A stretch of DNA of 64,000 nt from Octopus vulgaris (taxonomy: Eukaryota): NCBI GenBank assembly GCA_951406725.2, contig OX597820.1, positions 125,612,001 through 125,676,000 on the forward strand, read 5' to 3'. A program made the translations under genes and the position numbers. Shown here piece by piece: positions 56,561 through 64,000 of this stretch (the stretch's first letter is position 1; each line of letters starts with the position of its first letter). The notes under the pieces are model-generated. The model was not told the DNA's origin and ran no database searches. It saw only the letters and a list, made by a program, of their open reading frames with translations.

Positions 56561-58449
56561 TTTTGCTAGAATGGAACCGATATATCAATTTCAATCTAGA
56601 CTCTTACAAATGCTACACCTTTAAAAAAAAAATGGACTTGTTTGATTGGCCCTTTAGAAATAACGGCCAATGTTCGAGCGATAAACAAAAACAGCTCAAA
56701 AATATATGTATATATATATAAAAAATTATAAAAATTATAAAATTCGAGGAAAAAACCTTACATTGAATAAAATACATATTGACGTTAATGAAGAAAATAG
56801 AATTAATGCATAGAAATTATAAATATTACACTGCAATACATATTTACATTAAAGTGTACATATATATATCAACATACACAGAAGGATGTGTGCAAACGCC
56901 ATACATATACAGACGTATAAATATAAATCTAAAATATACACACAAACGCATGCATACATATATGCACGCAATCTATTTCGCACGCAAGTTAAAATCATCG
57001 ATGTAGCGTTTCTCATTTACTGAGTAAAGCTTAAGTAAGGGGGGCGTAAAGTTGTATCAGTATCAGTTAGAGGAAAAAAACGAAAGAAAGGAAGAGAGAG
57101 AAAAAGGAACGAAGAAGGGGAAGAAAAAAAGAAAAAGGAGGGGTGGGGAAAAATACGAAATAAGAAAAATTATGTAACAATCTGTGTAACCGCGTTAGTG
57201 ACATATATGGAGACAAGTATACAAATACACAAGTTCGAATGGATACATACACATACAGTCGTGTATGTGTGTGCTTAAGCACAAACATACGCTCACTTAC
57301 ACATACACAGATACGCATGCTTACAAATACATATCCATGGCTATACACATACTTATATCAAAACTCTAATTTTTGACAACATTGCTTTTTAAAAAAAGGT
57401 GAGTGCAATAATGAAAAAATATACGAAAGACATATAAAAATATAACACCCTATTTTGGATCATCTATAAATTAAAAATCAAGGTAATCCTATACAATACA
57501 ATAACATGAAATAAACAAAGCCGAAAGTTTTTCCTAATGTATATGTAGAAATATAAGACTTTGCTATACGGAATGAAATCTGCATAGCGCGAAACAAATC
57601 TATCGTCGCGTTTACATACTAGTTCAAGCGTCAAAATCAAAATTTCAAAAATCAAAAATACAAAATATATACTCTATCCATATAGAGAACAGTGCGATAC
57701 TGTGTGGTGTTGTGATGTGTGTGTTGTGTATTGTCGTGTGGTGTGATCGTGTGGTGGTGTGGTGTGTGATGTGTGGCATGTTGTGGTGTGGTGGTGTTGG
57801 CGTGTGAGGGATGCGAAGATGAGTAGTGGGTTTGGGGGAGGCCTGGTTCTTTTGTATGTAGGAGTGGGGTGTGGGGCCATGTGGGAGTGGGATATGTGGA
57901 GATGGGGTGGTGTCGGATTGGAATGTATAGTTATGGTGGGGTGGGATTTATACGAGTAGGGTGTGGATGGAGGGGTTAACGATAATCATATGTGTTGCTT
58001 GTAAAATGAACTTGCAAGAGGTTGAGCACTCCACAGACACGTGTTCTCGGGGAGATTCAGCGGGACACAGCGCGCGACAAGGCCGGCTCTTTGAAATACA
58101 GGTACAAGAAGAAACAAGAGTGAGAGAAAGTTGTGGTGAAAGAGTAAAATAGGGTTGGTTATGTTTATTGAATGGAACGGAGTGAACCATATTTCGACAA
58201 ATTGTCCTTCTTCCTGGGTTCTAAATGTAAAATGAATAGAACGTAGTAATACAGAAATTCAAAATATGCGTTCCATTTTAGAAAATATTTGATACACTGT
58301 TAGCTCAAACCACCAACACCACCATTACTACCACATCCAGTGCCCACCAAAATTACGACAGCAATAGTAATAAGAACAACAGTAACAACAACAAAATTAA
58401 GAACAGTATCAAGGCAAATGTGAAATAGCTTGAAAACAACAAGAAATTC

Positions 58450-60860
58450 TACAGGAACAACAAACATGAAAGCTACACGAAAATATTATACTCTCCAGCC
58501 AGCACAACAGTGTTTTCTTCCTCCGGCGCAAGACATAACAGACAACACTTACGTCGCTGCCTTTGTTAATATTGTCCAGTGAATGCAAGAAGAAATCACT
58601 TTCCCAGTGGACAAATTAAAGCAGGCGAAACATGTTGACGAAATAAGGAAGGCAGATTAATTTAACAATCACGACCTCCTTTCAGCAAGAGACAAATGAA
58701 AATATGATTATCACAGGACAATTAGTTTGAAAACACAGAAATTAGAACAGGCGACACAAAATAACATAGAAAATGCCTACAATCTGTCTTTAATATTAAA
58801 GGCAAGTAGCTAAGATAAGAAATTATGGTAAGTTAGAGGTGAGATTCCCTACGCTGAAAAATGTAGAATTGAAGTTCATACCTGACTACCATGGTCGAAA
58901 GTTTTCAAAATCATAATACGGGGCATTACCATAGAATTCACTATTCGCTCTTTAGTGGCATTGGTCCCCTTCGATAGAAAAAAGAAGGTATCATTCTGTA
59001 AATACAAAGGCTTCAGAAACAAAGAGGTCAGGTCAAGGCTTAGAATTACTCATGTAGAGATGATATCAGAGCTAATCAATCAACTAGATATCTCTGATCT
59101 ATATGTGGTCGTTGAGGGCAGAAAACCGATGTGTCACTTACGTGGTGACACAAATCAGCTAAATATGTTTTGCCCAAAACAAAGAAAAGAATAAAAGTAA
59201 CAAGTCCACCAATTCTGTCAAATCTAGTATCATACCAACAGCAATACAATAGGAATCAGGAAGAACCACAACGACAGAATGCAGCTACAGCAACAACAGT
59301 AACTGCAACACTGATTTCAGCAGGCACCAAATCAACAGCAACAATGTCACAAAACGTTGGAAGCAGCAGCAACGAAAACGATAAAAGAAACGCAGCCAAC
59401 AATATCAACAACTGAAAATCCCCAAGCTATAACCGTAAGACAAAATAGAAATGACCATCATGACATTCCCGCCCCTTCACGAATGGGACCCCTTAGACAT
59501 ATTGAGTGGAGAAGTTGACAATGAAGAATGGCAACAGAAAAAGAACAAAATAGTAAAACAGAGCAAATCTCACCAACACAAAACCGGGGACACCTCTGAA
59601 CAACAAACCAACACTACATTCAACAACAACTACGTTACCCTCACCATCACAACTAGCACCTCCATAGACACACAACTAGCACCTCCATAGACACAGTCAA
59701 CAGCACAAACACCGGAAAATACAATCATGATCACATATCGAAAACGACAAAAACCTCATAAATTTTACTGCCATTTACCAAAACAACAAAGCACTAATGG
59801 AACACAGGCACAATCTCAGACATCACTCAGAGTGATATCATCACACCAACAAACCTTAAATAAAAAATAATACAAATAACGTAAAACACATACAACACCA
59901 CAACAATGAAATACCCGGATGAGGAAGAGAATTTTAGAAAAAGCATTAACAAAAGATATCATAAAGAACGGCACGTGGAAACGCTCCCCTCTAACCAGAG
60001 GGACGGGACATTTATCACTTTCATTACACAGTCACTAAAAATAGCTCTTTTCCTCTATTCCTTCTTTCTCACTACATACAATGACCTGACCTGGTGTCGT
60101 TCTGGAAACAGGGCCACATCTCAGTGACTTCAAGTCAGTGAAGATGTCACGGCTCTGAGACCAGACTCTCCAATCGACAAGCATTAATGCCCATTTTCGC
60201 TTGATACGAGATTTACTTATATCTATGTCAATCGAAAAGGGGGGTTGCTGGAAATGTGTTTCTTCGGAAAGGTCATGATCGCAACATAAGGGCCACAATC
60301 CTGGACCCAGAAAATAAGTTGATAGGTCTGGATATGAACAATAGCGATAGTGGTGCTTTCAGACTGGTGGTTTTTATTCTCCAACAGGAGCAGAACAACC
60401 GGTGTTTTTTCAGATGTCTCGAGGTTTTCTGAGAACGTCTTGACAGGATTTCTGACGTGTTCCGACTGAATTTCCCAAATGTGCCAGTTTTGGGGATAGA
60501 TAAACAGCATCTAGTCATCAAGGTCGTATTTAGATACTTTCGCATGACAAACTTGGTTGACAGCCTTTTGGCAAATATATATCGCAAGTGGCAATAGAAC
60601 GGTAGAATTCCGAATTCTATGAGTCGAATAGCGTTGACATTGTTAAGAAAGAAACTAAACGAGAGCGATGAAATAGAAAAACTTTAGGCCCATAATGCTG
60701 TTGAATACAGATTTACAGATTTTAGAAAACGGGGAGGTAATAAGCTTTGCAAACCTATGCAGATATTTTGAAGTGTATGGCTTGTTCCGATTGGATTTCC
60801 AGAATGTGCCCAATGGGGATGGACGAACTGCATCTAGTCATCAAGGTCGTATTTAGATGG
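58450..60860 (+). mobile_element. Old, deleted Tx1/L1-clade LINE (ORF1 knuckle, APE and RT remnants)
   Basis: VVVEGRKPMCHLRGDTNQLNMFCP (decayed CCHC); SETRL and LDPENKLIGLD..FRLVVFYSP (APE); NGRIPNSM..LTLLRK..NFRPIMLLNTDLQIL (RT). Confidence 0.75.
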
Positions 60861-61339
60861 AGTAAATTGTAGATCAGTAGATGAGAATATGGATTTCCAC
60901 TTTTTAAATCGTTAGCTACACAGATCACATGAAATGCCTTCTACTGGAAGATGAACGCGTCACTCGCCGCGTACCAAACTTACAGAGACCAGATTAGAGT
61001 ATCAGTTAAGCGAGCATTGACGGGGTGGATTAGTATCTGCTTGGTTTAGTAAGGTTATAGCAATAGAAAGAAACAGAACAGATGGAAAGTTAGCTAGAAA
61101 TTTAGAAGAAACGCTTAAGAAACAAATCGCAACCGACGCGCTGGTGGGGTGAATGACCCAGGACCAGCTTTTCACCACTAAAGATGGAGGATGTCATGTG
61201 AGATCTAAGGAGTGAACTCTAAGAAAGGAGGGAACGAAATCTGCTCGACAGGCTCGAGTGACAGCGGTGCAAAGTGGAAACAAATACAGAATTCGGTCGT
61301 CGGTGGACCAACATGGGCGCACGGTACTCGAGCCCGAGC

Positions 61340-62880
61340 AGATGTGTGCGGCATTTTATCAGCCAGGCATAACGTGTACTTCCTGTTTCTATTGAAGTAC
61401 AGTTTACATTAATCCAGGGTCTTCCACTTTATGTTGTACTCGGTGATGCTTTCGTTCAAAGACCAAGGTGTTTGGCCAGGGTTTTGGCGTTTCATCTTTC
61501 CGGGATGTTAAAGGAGGATTTGTGGTTGCTAAAGCGGAGTCTTCAGTTGCTCTTACATAATTTCGTACATTTGTTTGCCCATTTAGTCCAGTGGCTATTA
61601 TGTCTACCTCATATACAACGGTCTCTTTGTTACAGTGGCCGTTCAGTGGACATGTGTTAACCCTACATAAGCATCTATTTGTACGGGGGAAGTGCTTATC
61701 AACTAAGCTGAGAAAAAACTTACTCGGATTTTAACATTTAAAGGGAAGGGCAGTGTGAACCAGAACACTTTCTGATGTCGCTTTCTGTTGGAGGGGTTAG
61801 GTTCTGGCGTATAGCAAATCCTATCCTAGAAACCGCTGGCAGCTGGAGCCTCATTGTAGTGCGAGAAGGAAGCATCAAAAATCCTTTTTCTGGAAGATAA
61901 GCCTGAGATTCTTCTGCTGGCGCCCTTTACCAGGTTCTTTAAAACTATGCCTGGGTAACAGGAACGTGTTTTAAGGTATCTCGTTTGGTTTCCTCAAGGG
62001 TCTATAGTCACCAAACTCAAAGTCCAGAATCACATGAAGGAAATCCAGCGTTTTCCGGTCGTTTTTTATCGTGACCGTTCTAAGCCTAGTGTGGCCGTTT
62101 GCTCCTCCTTTTGATATTGCCAGCGCGTCATCCCTGTAGAAGACCAACCTAGTTGAAGGGAAATATATTATTAACAACATGTAGGATGAAGAAACCGATA
62201 AGGACACACACGACAGCATTGTCGAAAGTTCCCATTGCCACGTCGAAGCAGCCTTCTGGTAAGTTCATTTGGCCCAGGCTGACCACTTGCTGAAGAGTAG
62301 GTTCCTTCTGACATGCATGATAATGCATATGTCCTTGTGACTTACTTCATTGTAGGCCCTAGTGAAGGCCAGTACCGTAGAAAGGAGCTCCCTTGATATA
62401 GATGAGTAGAAATCCACTATATAATCTTATGTAAATCTAGTTCTACACCTTCCGTTATTGGTTTCAAATCATGTAATGGCCTCGTTAGTGTTACGCCATA
62501 GGACGATGTCAAAGGCGTTTCGTTTCTAACGCCGTTGCTGATCTACCTGATAAGCCGTTTGCTAACCTGTCCGATTTTAGATTTCACAAGGTTTATCGGC
62601 CTGCATTTGGGGTTAGAGACGAAGTTGGGTTTATTATCTTTGATCATTGTGAAGGCGTCTTTCTTTGCAAGTATCTCTCCCCTATATCTATGGCCTCATG
62701 GTTGATACTGTGATAAATCCGAGGGGTATCCCTCCTGTATGTTAGGGTAATGCTGTTGTTAAGAATCTCTGCGAATGTGTTTTTGCTTACTCTATTAAAA
62801 CTTTCAGAATTATCAGAGAATAGAATGGTCTTATCTGAAGATCTAAGTCTACTGGAATCTGCTATGGGACGATTTTGTGC
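61340..62880 (-). mobile_element. Naiad-like Penelope element, decayed
   Basis: AFTMIKDNKPNFVSNPKCRPINL, FDVAMGTFD, FYRDDALAI, YRPLRKPNE, CRVNTCPLNGHCNKETVVYEV, TLCLADK. Confidence 0.85.
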
Positions 62881-64000
62881 TTTTATAAACTTATCACTTA
62901 TTTGTGTTTTCTAAAAATGCATGGACACTTTTAGTGCAGTTGTACCTCATCTCAACGCCATTTATATTGCAGAATTTATAATACTTTCATGAAAATATTT
63001 AAACATCATTTAAAATGTAAGAAGCTTTATAATATATAATACGATGTTATATAACGACAAACATAAAGCTAAAAGGCATCCAATTCTTTTTATTGCAAGA
63101 TAGATTCTATGATATCTAAATCCAACTTGTTTCGTGCAAGGCATCCAATTACGCTGCTTAGATTACATATTATTGCGATCTGAACCTAAGTTTATGTTTT
63201 ATCAATTGGAAATTTATAGCATTGTCCAAAGCATTTTCTCACATATGTACATATTGAATATCGGTGCTTCTACATCGAAATTTATCACGTCGTAATTATT
63301 GTGTTTTATGTAAGTACAGATGGTATTGTTGCAAAATTCTCAATGCAAAACAGCAAAACTGTAATATACGTGAGTATTAGATACGTCCTCAATTTTTCTG
63401 AGAAAAATATGTATAGTTTGGTGACTTTACATTTTGATAAACCTCTACAATATATGACGTAAACATTGCCAAATGACATATCTTCAAATATTTATGCTAT
63501 TAACCGTATTTAATAGATAGATTCAAAGAGATCTTCCATCATATAACATATGACATATAACATATGAAACCGAATATGTTTCCTCTCACATGAAGTGGGT
63601 AAGGTTTTGGTCGTTAAAGATTTTGCTTTAATACCCTTCTTTCCGGATATCGCCGGTACTTTCATAGCAGAAACCTTCACAGGATGCTGTCATACATAAA
63701 GATACTATTGGTGATGGACGAATTAATACTCAATACATCAGTTGCTGAGTTTGCGTTTCCAAAAGAGTAAATTAGATTTTGCATATTACAATCTGTGGAT
63801 TTTTGTATAGTTACTAATTGCTTCACGCTCCCTGTTATGCAAACGATGGAAGATAAGACGTAGAATGACAAAAATAAACAAAATTATATCAAATCACATT
63901 CATGTATGACTAATACTCGACGTTTAATTCCAAGTAAATTCTACAACTGGATGGAGAAGTTACTCATATCTCTATCCAGTTATCGTACACAGTCCATAAT

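Noticed and set aside
60940-60990. ctggaaga-acgcg/cgcgt-caaac hammerhead-like hairpin
   Set aside because: Both core boxes are altered.
63677-63871. LIYSF..LSINSS resembling a cadherin repeat
   Set aside because: No DxD or DxNDN calcium motifs and the ORF is short.

Overview
AT-rich eukaryotic genomic DNA dense in microsatellites and transposable elements. The SINE families and repeat landscape strongly resemble Octopus or another coleoid cephalopod (recognised from memory, not searched). Nearly all ORF-track entries are microsatellite read-through or decayed TE fragments. One host gene is supported: a phase-compatible exon pair, 27019-27158 (hydrophobic, TM-like) spliced to 28017-29206 (long Ser/Thr/Asn/acidic tail ending IERV*). 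TEs include: a young, GC-rich, 5'-truncated Tx1/L1-clade LINE inside a (GATA)n array; an old Tx1 copy; several Penelope-like elements, mostly Naiad-like, with inverted pseudo-LTRs and minimal hammerhead ribozymes; RTE fragments; Tc1 and mariner elements; a possible TTAA-flanked TIR element; and three tRNA-SINE families. The best leads are: (1) a possibly (TATC)n-targeting Tx1 LINE whose 3' end is shared with the local Nin-domain SINE; (2) several distinct hammerhead ribozymes, one in a ~1 kb fold-back element; (3) a Penelope copy with twin-priming-like inversion. All alignments and translations were done by eye, and boundaries of decayed elements are approximate.
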